Shown here piece by piece: positions 9,116 through 19,629 of a stretch of 64,000 nucleotides of DNA. The notes beneath the pieces were generated by a model. It worked only from the letters and a program-made list of their open reading frames with translations, did not search any database and was not told where the DNA came from. The translations under genes were made by a program, and so were the position numbers. This DNA comes from an uncultured Actinomycetes bacterium (GTDB lineage: Bacteria; Actinomycetota; Thermoleophilia; UBA2241), in the NCBI GenBank assembly GCA_963755025.1, contig CAVWIH010000019.1, forward strand, positions 51,469-115,468. The letters run 5' to 3'. The stretch's first letter is position 1. The number at the start of each line of letters is the position of its first letter.

Positions 9116-10709
9116 GTGGTGTCAACCGTCCAGCAGGACCTCAAGTCGTATCAGATGTACATCGCCGGCAAGTGGACCGGCGCCGCAAGCGGCGAGACCT
9201 ACGAAGTCGTCGACCCCTCGACCGAGCGGCCGTTCGCCGTCGTACCTAAAGGCGGCCTGGCCGACGCCAAGCGCGCCGTGGCCGCGGCCCGCAAGGCCTT
9301 CGACGAAGGCCCCTGGCCGCACACGCTGGCCACGGAACGGGCCGAGCTGCTGCACGCCGTCGCCGCCCGCATCCGCGAGCACGCCGACGAGCTCGCCATG
9401 CTCGAGACCCGCCAGATGGGCAAGCTGCTCGGCGACTCACTTATCGACGTGAACGACGCCGCCCACACTTTCGACTACTACGCCGGCCTCGCCGTCGAAC
9501 AGCACGGCCAGACCCTCGAGGTGCCGGGCGAGAGCATGAGCATGGTGGTGCGCGAGCCGATCGGCGTGACGGCCGGCATCACGCCGTGGAACTTTCCGCA
9601 TCCTGATGGCCGCCTGGAAGGTGGCGCCGAGCCTCGCCGCCGGCAACGTCATGATCTTGAAGCCGGCGTCGGTGTCGCCGCTCACCTCGATCGAGCTCGC
9701 CCGGATCTTCGCCGAGGTCGGGCTGCCCGAGGGCGTCTTCCAGGTCCTCACCGGGCCGGGCGGGCAGGTCGGCGACTACCTCGCCTCGTCGCCCGACATC
9801 GACATGGTGGCCTTCACCGGCAGCGTCGAGGTCGGCAAGAGCATCATGCGGGCGGGCGCTGAGAACGTGAAGAAGGTCGGCCTGGAGCTCGGCGGCAAGA
9901 GCCCCAACTTGGTCTTCGAAGACGCCGACTTCGAGGCCGCCATCGACGGCGCCCTGGTGGGCATCTTCGCCGGCAGCGGCGAGGTCTGCTCGGCCGGCTC
10001 GCGCCTGCTCGTGCAGCGCTCGATCTACGACCGCTTCGTCGGCGAGCTCGTCTCGCGGGCCATGGCGATCAAGGTCGGCGCGCCCGCCGACGAGGCGAGC
10101 GAGATGGGTCCGCTGGTCTCGCAGCAGCAGCTCGACACGGTCGAGCGCTACGTCAAGATCGGCAGCGAAGAGGGCGCCAAGCTGGCCACCGGTGGCCGCC
10201 GCCTCGAGGGCAGCGGCTACTACTACGAGCCCACCATCTTCGTCGACGTCGACAACTCGATGAGGGTCGCCCAGGAGGAGATCTTCGGCCCGGTCCTCGT
10301 CGTCATACCGTTCGACTCAGAAGACGACGCCGTGCGCATCGCCAACGACACGATCTACGGCCTGGCGGCCGGCGTGTGGACCAAAGACGTCACGCGCGCC
10401 ATGCGGGTCATCAAGGCGCTGCGCGCCGGCATCACCTGGATCAACACCTACCACCCCACCTACAGCGAGGCGCCGTGGGGCGGCTACAAGCAGAGCGGCG
10501 TCGGGCGCGAGCTCGGCACCTTCGGCCTCGACGAGTACCAGGAGGTCAAGCAGATCAACATCGACCTCACCGACAAGCCGCTGGGCATCTACCAGCACGG
10601 CAAGGAAGAGCCCGAAGCGGGTAAGGTCGTGTCGCTGAGCGACCGCCGGCCGTTCAACGAGGAGCACCGGTCCGACGAATGGGTCGGGTACTGCCGGAAC
10701 TGCCGCTAG
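9116..10709 (+). CDS. NAD(P)-dependent aldehyde dehydrogenase (betaine/aminoaldehyde DH-like), frameshift near 9598
   Basis: ITPWNFP, KPAS, FTGS, LELGGKSP, GEVCSAGSR, EEIFGPV, GRELG. Confidence 0.92.
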
Positions 10710-10777
10710 GCGCGCCGGGTCGCGCCGGCCTTCAAGCGGAAACGACGAAGTCGTCCGACGGTCGAGAAGGAGTGCCC

Positions 10778-12271
10778 GTGGTCGTAGATGTCACCGCACG
10801 AGTAGCGAAAGGGTTGCGGATCGCCGGTCCCCAGGGGACCGGCGATCCGCTCACCGTGCACAGCCCCTGGGACGGCAGCGAGGTCGCCGTCATCAACACC
10901 ACGCGGGTCGATGAGGTCGACGCCGTCCTCGACCGGGCCGTCGCGGCCTTCGCCGAGTGGCGCTGGACGCCGGCCTGGAAGCGCGCCCAGATCCTCGAGC
11001 GCACGTCGCACCTGCTCGAGGACCACGCCGAAGAGGTCGCCCGGCTGATCGCCCTCGAGGGCGGTAAACCGCTCAAAGACGCCCGTGTCGAGGCGCGACG
11101 CGGGGCCTCGACGTTCCGCTGGGCGAGCGAAGAGGCCAAACGCACGGCCGGCGAGATCATCGAGATGGACGCCGACCAGGGCGGCGAGAACCGCTTCGGC
11201 TGGACGATCCGCGAGCCGCGCGGTCTGATCGTCGCCATCTCGCCCTTCAACTTCCCGCTCAACCTGGTCAGCCACAAGGTGGCCCCGGCGCTGGCGGCGG
11301 CCAACGTCGTCGTGCTCAAGCCCGCGTCGTCGACCCCGCTCACCGCGCTGCGCCTGGCCGAGTTCTTAAGCGAGGCCGGCCTGCCCGACGGTGTGCTGCA
11401 GGTCGTCGTAGGCCCGGGCTCGACCCTGGGCACCAAGCTCGTCAAGGACGAGCGGGTCAACATGGTGACCTTCACCGGCAGCCCGCCGGTCGGTCGCCAG
11501 ATCGCCAGCGACGCCGGCATGAAGATGGTCACCCTCGAGCTGGGCAACAACTCGGCGACCATCATCGAGGAAGACGCCGACCTCGACCTCGCCCTCCAGC
11601 GCGTAGTCGCCGGCGGCTTCACCAACTCGGGACAGGTCTGCATATCGGTGCAGCGCGTGGTCGTGCACGAGAAGGTCTACGACGAGTTCCTGGCGGCCCT
11701 TGTGGCGTCGGTCGCGGCGCTCAAGGTCGGCGACCCGCTCGACGAGACGACCGACGTGGCCGCCCTGATCGACGACAACGAGACGGCCCGCGTGAAGGCC
11801 TGGGTCGCCGAGGCGGTCGAACAGGGTGCGACGCTCGCCGTGGGCGGCATCGACGCGGCCGGCGACCTGCGCCCGACCGTGCTCGCCGACGTGACGCGCG
11901 ACATGAAGGTCTGCGCCAACGAGGTCTTCGGGCCGGTCCTCGCGGTGCAGAAGGCGCGCGACATCTGTCACGCCATCGAGATCTCCAACGACAGCGACTA
12001 CGGCCTGCAGGCCGGCATCTTCACGCGCGACCTGAACAAGGCCCTGTACGCCGCCCGTCACCTCGAGGTCGGCGGCGTCATGATCAACGAGGTGCCGACC
12101 TTCCGGGTCGACCACATGCCCTACGGCGGCATCAAGAGCTCGGGTATGGGCCGCGAGGGCGTCAAGTTCGCCATCGCCGAGATGACCGAGCTCAAGATGG
12201 TCATGATCCGCGAGATGGACTGGGGCAGCCCGGGCTCGCCGCTCGGAGCCTGCAAACGCGAGGGGATGTAG
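10778..12271 (+). CDS. Aldehyde dehydrogenase (lactaldehyde DH/GapN-like subfamily)
   Basis: ISPFNFPLNL, FTGS, LELGNNS, GQVCISVQR, RVDHMPYGGIKSSGMGREG; AAGGAG RBS before the GTG. Confidence 0.93.
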   Translation: MVVDVTARVAKGLRIAGPQGTGDPLTVHSPWDGSEVAVINTTRVDEVDAVLDRAVAAFAEWRWTPAWKRAQILERTSHLLEDHAEEVARLIALEGGKPLKDARVEARRGASTFRWASEEAKRTAGEIIEMDADQGGENRFGWTIREPRGLIVAISPFNFPLNLVSHKVAPALAAANVVVLKPASSTPLTALRLAEFLSEAGLPDGVLQVVVGPGSTLGTKLVKDERVNMVTFTGSPPVGRQIASDAGMKMVTLELGNNSATIIEEDADLDLALQRVVAGGFTNSGQVCISVQRVVVHEKVYDEFLAALVASVAALKVGDPLDETTDVAALIDDNETARVKAWVAEAVEQGATLAVGGIDAAGDLRPTVLADVTRDMKVCANEVFGPVLAVQKARDICHAIEISNDSDYGLQAGIFTRDLNKALYAARHLEVGGVMINEVPTFRVDHMPYGGIKSSGMGREGVKFAIAEMTELKMVMIREMDWGSPGSPLGACKREGM

Positions 12272-12319
12272 AGGCCGGGGCATCAGCCCGAACGCACGAA
12301 CGAGCCACGAGAGGTCTCC

Positions 12320-12520
12320 ATGATCAGCGCCCGTAACCAGCTGCCAGGCACCGTCAAGTCGGTGACCCTCGGCGCCGTCATGGCCGAGGTCGTCATGGAC
12401 GTGGGCGGCACCGAGGTCGTCGCCGCCATCACCCGCCACTCCGCGGAGTCGCTGGGTCTCACCGAGGGCGACAAGGTGAAGGCCGTCATCAAGGCCACCG
12501 AGGTGATGGTGCAGAAGTAG
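12320..12520 (+). CDS. Molybdate/tungstate-binding TOBE (Mop/molbindin) protein
   Basis: ISARNQLPGTV...AITRHSAESLGL...AVIKATEV. Confidence 0.92.
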   Translation: MISARNQLPGTVKSVTLGAVMAEVVMDVGGTEVVAAITRHSAESLGLTEGDKVKAVIKATEVMVQK

Positions 12521-12623
12521 GGGCGGCGCGGCGGCGCGCGCCTTTCGCGCGCGCCGCCGCGCCGGTGACGCGCGCCGCCGCGCCGTGTGACGCGCGCCGG
12601 GCCGGAGCGCTACACTTGTGGAG

Positions 12624-13586
12624 ATGAGCGCCTCTCCTCCACGCCGCGTCGACTACCTGCGCCTGTCGGTCACCGACCGCTGCAACCTGCGGTGCGTGTA
12701 CTGCATGCCCGCCGAGGGCGTGCCGTCGCGCGCGCACGCCGACATCCTCTCCTACGAAGAGCTGCTGGCCTTCGCCGCCGCGGCCGTGGCGGCCGGTATC
12801 ACGCGGGTCCGCGTGACCGGCGGCGAGCCGCTGGTGCGCAAAGGCTTCGTCGACTTCATCGCACGCCTGGCGGCGCTCGACGGCCTCACCGACCTCTCCC
12901 TCACGACCAACGGCATCCTGCTGCCGGGCTGCGCCGCCGAGCTGCGCGCGGCCGGCCTCAGGCGCGTCAACGTGAGCATCGACAGCTTAGACGCGGGCCG
13001 CTACGCGCGGCTCACGCGCGGCGGTCGCCTGGCCGACGCCCTCGCGGGGCTCGACGCGGCCTTCGCCGCGGGCTTCGCGCCGGTCAAGGTCAACGCCGTG
13101 CTGCTGGCCGGCGCCGCCGACGAGGTCGACGGCTTCGTCGAGCTCACCCGGCAGCGCGACGTGCACGTGCGCTTTATCGAGTACATGCCGCTCGACCGGC
13201 GCCTGGCGGGCGAGCGCGAGTTCGTGCCCGCCTGGACCGTGCTCGAACGCCTGCGCGCCGACCATCACGTCGAAGACGTCGAGGGCCCGTTCGGCCTGGG
13301 GCCGGCGAGCTACTACCGCGTGCCGGGCGCGCTGGGCACGATCGGCTTCATCTCCGGGGTGTCCGACCATTTCTGCGCGCGCTGCAACCGCCTGCGCCTC
13401 ATGTCGGACGGGCGCCTCAAGACCTGCCTGTTCTCGGCGCCTGAGCGCGAGCTCGACGTGCGCCCGCTCATCGGCGATCCGCGCAAGCTGGCCGCCGCCA
13501 TCGCCGACGCCATCGACGGGAAGCGGTTCGATCGTCTGGTCGAAGCCCCCGACGCCGGTCGCGGCATGTCCCAGATCGGAGGGTAG
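12624..13586 (+). CDS. moaA: GTP 3',8-cyclase (radical SAM)
   Basis: [35 protein letters not shown]...CL, C-terminal MSQIGG. Confidence 0.97.
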   Translation: MSASPPRRVDYLRLSVTDRCNLRCVYCMPAEGVPSRAHADILSYEELLAFAAAAVAAGITRVRVTGGEPLVRKGFVDFIARLAALDGLTDLSLTTNGILLPGCAAELRAAGLRRVNVSIDSLDAGRYARLTRGGRLADALAGLDAAFAAGFAPVKVNAVLLAGAADEVDGFVELTRQRDVHVRFIEYMPLDRRLAGEREFVPAWTVLERLRADHHVEDVEGPFGLGPASYYRVPGALGTIGFISGVSDHFCARCNRLRLMSDGRLKTCLFSAPERELDVRPLIGDPRKLAAAIADAIDGKRFDRLVEAPDAGRGMSQIGG

Positions 13587-13596
13587 GATCGCACCC

Positions 13597-14085
13597 GTGA
13601 ACGGACTCTCTCATCTGGACGAGCAGGGCCGCGCCCGCATGGTCGACGTCGCCGGCAAGCCCGAGACCGAGCGCGTCGCGCGCGCCGAAGCGCGCGTGCT
13701 CATGGCCCCGGCGACGCTCGACGCCATTCGCGACGCGCGCGTGCCCAAGGGCGACGTCGTGGCCACCGCGCGCCTCGCCGGCATCATGGCCGCCAAACGC
13801 ACCCACGAGCTGATCCCGCTTTGCCACCCGCTCGCGCTGACCTTCGTCGGCGTCGAGGTCGAGGCCGACGACGAGGCGCCCGGGCTGCACGTCACCACCG
13901 AGGCGCGTCTCGTCGGGCGCACCGGGGTCGAGATGGAGGCGCTCGTGGCCGCGTCGGTCGCCGCCCTCACGGTCTACGACATGTGCAAGGCCATCGACCG
14001 CGGCATCGAGGTCACCGGCGTGCGGCTGCTCGAGAAGTCGGGCGGCGCGAGCGGCCACTGGCGGCGCGAGGGCGTGCAGCCATGA
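13597..14085 (+). CDS. moaC: Cyclic pyranopterin monophosphate synthase
   Basis: [36 protein letters not shown]. Confidence 0.97.
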   Translation: MNGLSHLDEQGRARMVDVAGKPETERVARAEARVLMAPATLDAIRDARVPKGDVVATARLAGIMAAKRTHELIPLCHPLALTFVGVEVEADDEAPGLHVTTEARLVGRTGVEMEALVAASVAALTVYDMCKAIDRGIEVTGVRLLEKSGGASGHWRREGVQP

Positions 14086-14606
14086 CGGCCCCCGGGCTGC
14101 CGCGGGGCAGCGTGGTGTCGGTCAACGTGGCCGCCACCAAAGGTGTGCGCAAGAAGCCCTGCGCCGCGATCGAGCTGGTCGCCGGCCACGGCGTCGATGG
14201 CGACGGTCACGCCGGCCCCTGGCATCGCCAGGTGAGCCTCCTGGCCATCGAGAGCATCGACACCATGCGCGCCAAGGGGCTCGACGTGGGTCCCGGCGAC
14301 TTCGCCGAGAACGTGACCACACAGGGACTGGCCGTGGCCGAGCTGCCGCTGGGCACGCGCGTGCGGCTGGGCGACTGCCTGGTCGAGCTCACCCAGATCG
14401 GCAAGGTCTGCCACGACCACTGCGCGATCTACCGCGCCGCCGGCGACTGCGTCATGCCGCGCGAAGGCATCTTCGTGCGCGTGCTGCAAGGAGGAGCGCT
14501 GCAGGCCGGCGACGAAATCGTGGTGACCGCGATGGGCACCGGAGCCAGGGGACCGGGCGCGCAAGAGGCGTCCGACCAAGCACACGAAAGCGAGGAGCGG
14601 CCATGA
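14082..14606 (+). CDS. MOSC domain protein
   Basis: [36 protein letters not shown]...[10 protein letters not shown]; ATGA overlap with moaC. Confidence 0.9.
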   Translation: MTAPGLPRGSVVSVNVAATKGVRKKPCAAIELVAGHGVDGDGHAGPWHRQVSLLAIESIDTMRAKGLDVGPGDFAENVTTQGLAVAELPLGTRVRLGDCLVELTQIGKVCHDHCAIYRAAGDCVMPREGIFVRVLQGGALQAGDEIVVTAMGTGARGPGAQEASDQAHESEERP

Positions 14607-15115
14607 GCGAGACGGTCGGCATTCGGGCCGTTGTGATCACGCTGTCCGATTCGGGTCACGCCGGCCGCCGCGAAGACGAGAGCGGCGCCGTGCTCGAGGG
14701 CCTGCTGAACGGGCTCGGGGCCGAGTACGTCGAGCGCGTGCTGCTGCCCGACGAGAAGCTGCTGCTCTCCGAGAAGCTCATGCACTACGCCGACCGCACG
14801 CCGGCCAACCTCATCCTCACCACCGGCGGCACGGGCTTCACGTCGCGCGACGTGACCCCCGAAGCCAGCAAGCTGGCCTTCGACCGCGAGGCGCCGGGCT
14901 TCGCCGAAGCCATGCGCGCCGCTTCCCTGCTGAAGACCCCCCACGCCATGCTCTCGCGCGCCGTGAGCGGCCTGCGCGGCACCACCCTCATCATCAACTT
15001 CCCGGGCAGCCCGACGGCCTGCCGCGAGCAGTTCGAGGTGATCCGCGAGGCCCTGCCGCACGCCCTCGAAAAGCTCGCCGACCTGGGCGGCGACTGCGCC
15101 CGCCTCACCAACTAG
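14603..15115 (+). CDS. mogA: Molybdopterin adenylyltransferase (MogA/MoaB family)
   Basis: ITLSD, REDESG, TTGGTGFTSRDVTPEA, AMLSRA, NFPGSP. Confidence 0.9.
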   Translation: MSETVGIRAVVITLSDSGHAGRREDESGAVLEGLLNGLGAEYVERVLLPDEKLLLSEKLMHYADRTPANLILTTGGTGFTSRDVTPEASKLAFDREAPGFAEAMRAASLLKTPHAMLSRAVSGLRGTTLIINFPGSPTACREQFEVIREALPHALEKLADLGGDCARLTN

Positions 15116-15144
15116 CTCGCCGCCTCTTCGGCACGAGCGAAGCC

Positions 15145-15570
15145 GAAGTCCCGCGGCTTTAGCGAAGGCCGGGGTGAGGCCGCGGCAGGTGATAGGCCCG
15201 CACGCGACAGCGAAAGCCGGGGTAACGCTGCGGCTGGAAGTCCTGCTTGGCTTTAGCGAAGGCCGGGGTGAGGCTGCGCTCGGGGCCAGCGCCGCATGTA
15301 CGATAGCGGAGGCCGGGGTAAGGGCGGAAGGTCGGCCTGCGAGGTGCCAACGCTCCCACAGAGCGCAGCGTACCGTAACCGAGACAGCTCCGACCTGTAG
15401 CCCTTGCCCCGGCCGGAGCGCCATCCCAGTGTGAGCGTAACGTCGACCGCCTTATGCCCCAGCCGGAGCGCCCCCCGAGACAGCTCCGACCTGTAGCCCT
15501 TGCCCCGGCCGCAGCGACCTCCCAGTGTGAGCGTAACGTCGCCGCCTCATGCCCTAGCCGGAGCGCCCCC
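15145..15570. repeat. Head-to-head array of ~48-nt repeats: 4 direct copies plus 4 inverted copies, the latter as a 96/95-nt tandem duplication
   Basis: Cores AGCGRARGCCGGGGTRASG at 15161, 15209, 15255 and 15305. Inverted cores CCTTGCCCCGGCC-like at 15402, 15450, 15498 and 15545. 15379-15474 is nearly identical to 15475-15569. Confidence 0.88.
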
Positions 15571-16140
15571 CTACGCGCCGAGGGCGATGGCCAGGTACGC
15601 GGCGATCGTGGCGTCGGCGTCTTCGACGGTGCGCCACTGCGCCGCCGCGAGCAGCTCTTCGAGGTCGTCGTGAGCCATGCCGAGCTCGGCTGCCGCCGCG
15701 GCCCGGTCCTCGTGCCCGCGCACGGTGCGCAGCGCGCGCCACTGGGCGTCGGTGCGGGCGCGCACGAGCGGCTCGAGCAGGGCGCAGTAGGCGTTCAGCA
15801 GCAGGTCGCCGGCCAGGCCGGTGCCGCGATAGTGCACGAGGCGGTCGGCCTGCCAGGCGGCCACGAAGGCCTCTTCGGCGGCGCCATCGAGCGCCACGCC
15901 GACGCGCACCTGCAGCGGCGCGACGAGCTCGCGCAAGACGCTCACGCAGAGCGGCGCCTGGGCGGCGTCGGCCAGGGCCCCTTCGACGGCGTCGACCTCG
16001 ACCACGGCGAACGGCGCCGCGAGCCCGGGCGCGAAGAGCTCGTTCAGCCGGGTCACGCCCTCGCCGAGCACGCGCTGCAGGGCCTGCGGGTCGTCGAGCT
16101 GCCGTGAGCCGATGACGTCGGCGTGGATCGCAGCACGCAT
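15571..16140 (-). CDS. SatD-family protein (degenerate) with a C-terminal HTH-like region
   Basis: AAIHADVIGSR start, LNELF...APFAVVEVD, VRVGV, then TDAQWR...AAAAELGM; AAGGAG RBS. Confidence 0.7.
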   Translation of the reverse strand: MRAAIHADVIGSRQLDDPQALQRVLGEGVTRLNELFAPGLAAPFAVVEVDAVEGALADAAQAPLCVSVLRELVAPLQVRVGVALDGAAEEAFVAAWQADRLVHYRGTGLAGDLLLNAYCALLEPLVRARTDAQWRALRTVRGHEDRAAAAAELGMAHDDLEELLAAAQWRTVEDADATIAAYLAIALGA

Positions 16141-16381
16141 GAGGGTCGTCTCCTTGGTCACTGGGCGGGCGGTAGTCGACCTACAGTACGCCGCGCGATG
16201 CCCGAGTCCTGTAGTCTGGCCGTCCGGCGGCGCCGCACGAGCGGCTCGCCGGCGCCGTCGCCGGACTGTCGGCGGGCTGCCGTCGAGCCGCCCCCGTCGC
16301 CGCCGAACGGTGACGCCCGCGCTCTGACCGTCTACATTTGAAGCGGCCGAGCGATCCGGCGACCGTGGAGGGGACCAGCAC

Positions 16382-16804
16382 ATGAGCAAAAAGGCGCAGC
16401 GGCGTCTCATCGCGGCCACCGTCATCCTCGTCGTCGTCTTCGCCGCGGCGATCGTCTACGTCGTCGTCTCGCAGGGGGCCTACTACCGCCAGGTGTCGGC
16501 GCTGACGAGCGCCGACAACGGCCGCAACGTCAAGGTCGGCGGGGCGGTCGTGCACGGCACCATCGTGCGCGACGCGGGCGGCGTGCAGTTCACGATCGAA
16601 GACCTGACCGGCCGCGCGAGCACGGTCAGGGTCGACTACGACGGACAGATGCCGGCCACCTTCGCCGCCGGCGTGCAGGTCGTGGTGACCGGCAAGTTCG
16701 CGTCGAGCAACGACCTGATCAGCGCCGCCCAGCTCGAGACCAAGTGCCCCTCGAAGTACGCCGGCAAGGCGAGCCCCCTGCCGCAACCGAGCATCGGCGG
16801 GTAG
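16382..16804 (+). CDS. ccmE: Heme chaperone CcmE, Cys variant
   Basis: N-terminal TM helix, VKVGGAV, PATF...VVVTG, TKCPSKY motif. Confidence 0.92.
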   Translation: MSKKAQRRLIAATVILVVVFAAAIVYVVVSQGAYYRQVSALTSADNGRNVKVGGAVVHGTIVRDAGGVQFTIEDLTGRASTVRVDYDGQMPATFAAGVQVVVTGKFASSNDLISAAQLETKCPSKYAGKASPLPQPSIGG

Positions 16805-16810
16805 GGCGCC

Positions 16811-18790
16811 GTGATCGTCCTCGGGCGCTTCGCCCTGTTCTGCTGCCTGGCCTTCTCGCTCGCCGCGGTGGCGCTCATAGCGCTCGGCGTGCGCCGCCGC
16901 AGCGGCACGCTCGTGCGCTGGGGCTACCTCGCCGTGTACGGACTCTTCTTCGCGGTCGTCGTGGCCGCCGCGGTACTGCTCGAGGCCTTTGTGGCGCGCG
17001 ACTTCACCTTTGCCTACGTCGCCCAGAACTCCGACACGAGCCTCTCGTTCTTCTACCGCGTGGCCGGCTTCTGGGCCGGCCAGCAGGGTTCGTTCCTGCT
17101 CTGGCTCCTGCTGCTCACCGTCATCACGGTGGTCGTCGCCCTGCGCGACGTCGAGACGCTCGACCGCCTGACGGCGACCGCCGTCGGCGTGCTCAGCGCC
17201 GTGGCCGCCGTCTTCGCCACGCTCATGGTGGCCGACCCGGGCTCGAACCCGTTCGTGTCGGCGGCCCCGGCCTCTGCCGGCCAGGGTCTGAACCCGCTCC
17301 TGCTGCACCCGGCCATGGTGCTGCACCCGCCCGCGTTGTTCGCCGCCTACGCCGCGCTCACCGTGCCGTTCGCCTACGCCACCGCCGCGCTGCTGCTCGG
17401 CGACGGTGGCCGCGACTGGGTGCTGGGCGCGCAGCGCTGGGCGGTCGCCGGCTGGGTCTTCCTGTCGCTGGGCATCGGCCTGGGCGCCTGGTGGGCCTAC
17501 GTCGTGCTGTCGTGGGGCGGTTACTGGGGCTGGGACCCGGTCGAGAACACCTCGCTCATACCTTGGCTGGCGGCGACCGCGATGCTGCATGCCATGATCG
17601 TCTTTCGCCGGCGTGGCCGCCTGCGGCGCTCCACGCTGGCGCTCGCCTGCGCCACCTTCTGGCTGACCATCGTCGCCACCTGGACCACGCGCACCGGACT
17701 GATCAGCTCGGTGCACGCCTTCGCCCGCAACGACACCCTCATCGTCATCCTCTCGAGCCTGCTCGGCGTGGTCGCCGCCCTGTCGGTCGGCCTGCTGGCG
17801 CTGCGCTGGCGGCGCTTCGGCACGCACGGGGAGCCGCTTTTCGCCTCGGCCGGCGACGTCGCCCATCACGCGCTCGACCTGGCGCTCAGCGCCTTCGCGG
17901 CGGCGCTGCTCGCGGCCACCGTCGTCGTGCCGCTCGTCAGCGACCGCACGGTCGGCCCCGACACTTACCGCCTGTTCGCCGAGCCGCTGGGCGTCGCCGT
18001 GGTGTTCGCCGTCGCGCTTTGCCCGCTGCTCGCCCTGGGGCGCGGCGCCGGCGGCTTCTGGCGCGCCGCGCGCTGGCCGCTGCTGGCGGCGCTCGTCGCG
18101 CTGCCCGTGCTGCTACTGACCGGCGACTGGCGCTCGAGCGTGTTCGGCCTGATCGGCCTCGAGGTCTGCGTCTTTGCCGCCGCGGCCGTCGTGACGTTCG
18201 TCGTGGCCGCCGCGCGGCGGGCCGCCGGTGAGCAGGGACTGCTCACCGGCCTGCGCCGCGCGCTCACCGCGAGTCGCACGCGCACGGCCGCCTGGGTGGC
18301 TCACGCCGGCGTCATCCTCATACTGGCGGGGCTGCTGGGCTCGAACGTCTACAAGATCGAGCGCGGCGCCTACCTGCCGGCCAAGGCCGGCGCCACGGCG
18401 AGCGTGGCGGGCTACACGCTGCGCTTCACCGGCTTCACCCAGGACAGCGGACCGCAGAGCTCGCAGCGCTTCTTCGCCCACTTCGTCGTCAGCCGCGGCG
18501 GACGGCAGATCGGCTTGCTGGCGCCGCATACCGACGTCTACCCGGTCGACGGCGCCGCCGTGCGCGCCGTCATCCTGGGCAGCCTGCCGCGCGACCTGTT
18601 CGTCGTGGCGCAGGACCCGTTCGACACGTCGAGCACCCATCTGCGGCTGCAGCTCGACGTGTTCCCGCTCGTCCGCCTGGTCTGGCTCGGCGTGCTCGTG
18701 CTCGTGGTCGCCGGCGGCGTGTCGCTGTGGCCGCGCCGCGCGCGGGCGCCGGCGGCGGCGCGCGACGCGGCCCGCAGCGAGGCCGCCTGA
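16811..18790 (+). CDS. ccmF: Cytochrome c biogenesis heme lyase CcmF
   Basis: WAGQQGSFLLW, GLNPLL, HPP, WAY..LSWGGYWGWDPVEN, TRTGLISSVHAF. Confidence 0.96.
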   Translation: MIVLGRFALFCCLAFSLAAVALIALGVRRRSGTLVRWGYLAVYGLFFAVVVAAAVLLEAFVARDFTFAYVAQNSDTSLSFFYRVAGFWAGQQGSFLLWLLLLTVITVVVALRDVETLDRLTATAVGVLSAVAAVFATLMVADPGSNPFVSAAPASAGQGLNPLLLHPAMVLHPPALFAAYAALTVPFAYATAALLLGDGGRDWVLGAQRWAVAGWVFLSLGIGLGAWWAYVVLSWGGYWGWDPVENTSLIPWLAATAMLHAMIVFRRRGRLRRSTLALACATFWLTIVATWTTRTGLISSVHAFARNDTLIVILSSLLGVVAALSVGLLALRWRRFGTHGEPLFASAGDVAHHALDLALSAFAAALLAATVVVPLVSDRTVGPDTYRLFAEPLGVAVVFAVALCPLLALGRGAGGFWRAARWPLLAALVALPVLLLTGDWRSSVFGLIGLEVCVFAAAAVVTFVVAAARRAAGEQGLLTGLRRALTASRTRTAAWVAHAGVILILAGLLGSNVYKIERGAYLPAKAGATASVAGYTLRFTGFTQDSGPQSSQRFFAHFVVSRGGRQIGLLAPHTDVYPVDGAAVRAVILGSLPRDLFVVAQDPFDTSSTHLRLQLDVFPLVRLVWLGVLVLVVAGGVSLWPRRARAPAAARDAARSEAA

Positions 18791-19626
18791 TGGCCGCCGA
18801 GGGGCGCGCGGCCCACGAGCGCTCCAGCGACCCGGCGCTCGAGCGCCCCGGCGACACGACGCCCGAGCACCCCGCCGACGCGACGGCCGGGCACTCCGGT
18901 CCCACCGCGAGCGCCGCCCCTGAGATCTGCGTCGAAGGGCTGGGCAAGGCCTTCGGCCGTCGCGACGTGTTGCGCGACGTATCGTTCACCGTGCCCCGGG
19001 GCGGCTTTCTGACGCTCTTCGGACCCAACGGCGCCGGCAAGACGACCACGCTGCGCCTGCTGGCGACGCTGCTCAAGCCTTCGGCGGGCAGCGTCTCGGT
19101 GGCCGGCCACGACCTGCGCGGCGACCCCGCACCGGTGCGCCGCGCCATCGGCTTCATCTCGCACGACTCGCTGCTGTACCGCGACCTCACCGCCCACGAG
19201 AACCTGCGCTTTTACGCCGACATGTACGGCGTCGCCGACGCCGAGCGGCGCATCGCCGGCCTGCTCGAGCGCGTCGAGCTCAGCCACCGCCGCAACGACG
19301 TCGTGGCCACGTTCTCGAAGGGCATGCAGCAGCGCCTGGCGATCGCCCGGGCGTTGCTCCACGAGCCCCGCGTGCTGCTGCTCGACGAGCCCCATTCGGG
19401 CCTCGACCCCCACGCGGCCGACCTGCTCGACGGCCTGCTCGGCGAGATCCGCGCCGAGCACACCTTCGTGATGGCGACCCACAGCCTGCGCCAGGGGCTC
19501 GGCCTCGCGGACCAGGTGCTCATTCTCGACGGCGGCAGGGTCGTCTTCGCTCACGGCGGCGGCATGGCCGAGGCCGACTTCGCCGCCACCTATCGCGAAC
19601 ACGTGCGTGAAGGGGCGCTGGTCTAG
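18790..19626 (+). CDS. ccmA: Heme exporter ABC ATPase CcmA
   Basis: GPNGAGKTT, FSKGMQQR, LLLDEP; operon context. Confidence 0.9.
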   Translation: MAAEGRAAHERSSDPALERPGDTTPEHPADATAGHSGPTASAAPEICVEGLGKAFGRRDVLRDVSFTVPRGGFLTLFGPNGAGKTTTLRLLATLLKPSAGSVSVAGHDLRGDPAPVRRAIGFISHDSLLYRDLTAHENLRFYADMYGVADAERRIAGLLERVELSHRRNDVVATFSKGMQQRLAIARALLHEPRVLLLDEPHSGLDPHAADLLDGLLGEIRAEHTFVMATHSLRQGLGLADQVLILDGGRVVFAHGGGMAEADFAATYREHVREGALV

Positions 19627-19629
19627 GCC

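Noticed and set aside
15145-15570. CRISPR array interpretation of the spaced repeats
   Set aside because: The repeats are short and degenerate and switch orientation midway, the right-hand spacers are duplicated rather than unique, and no cas genes are in the window.
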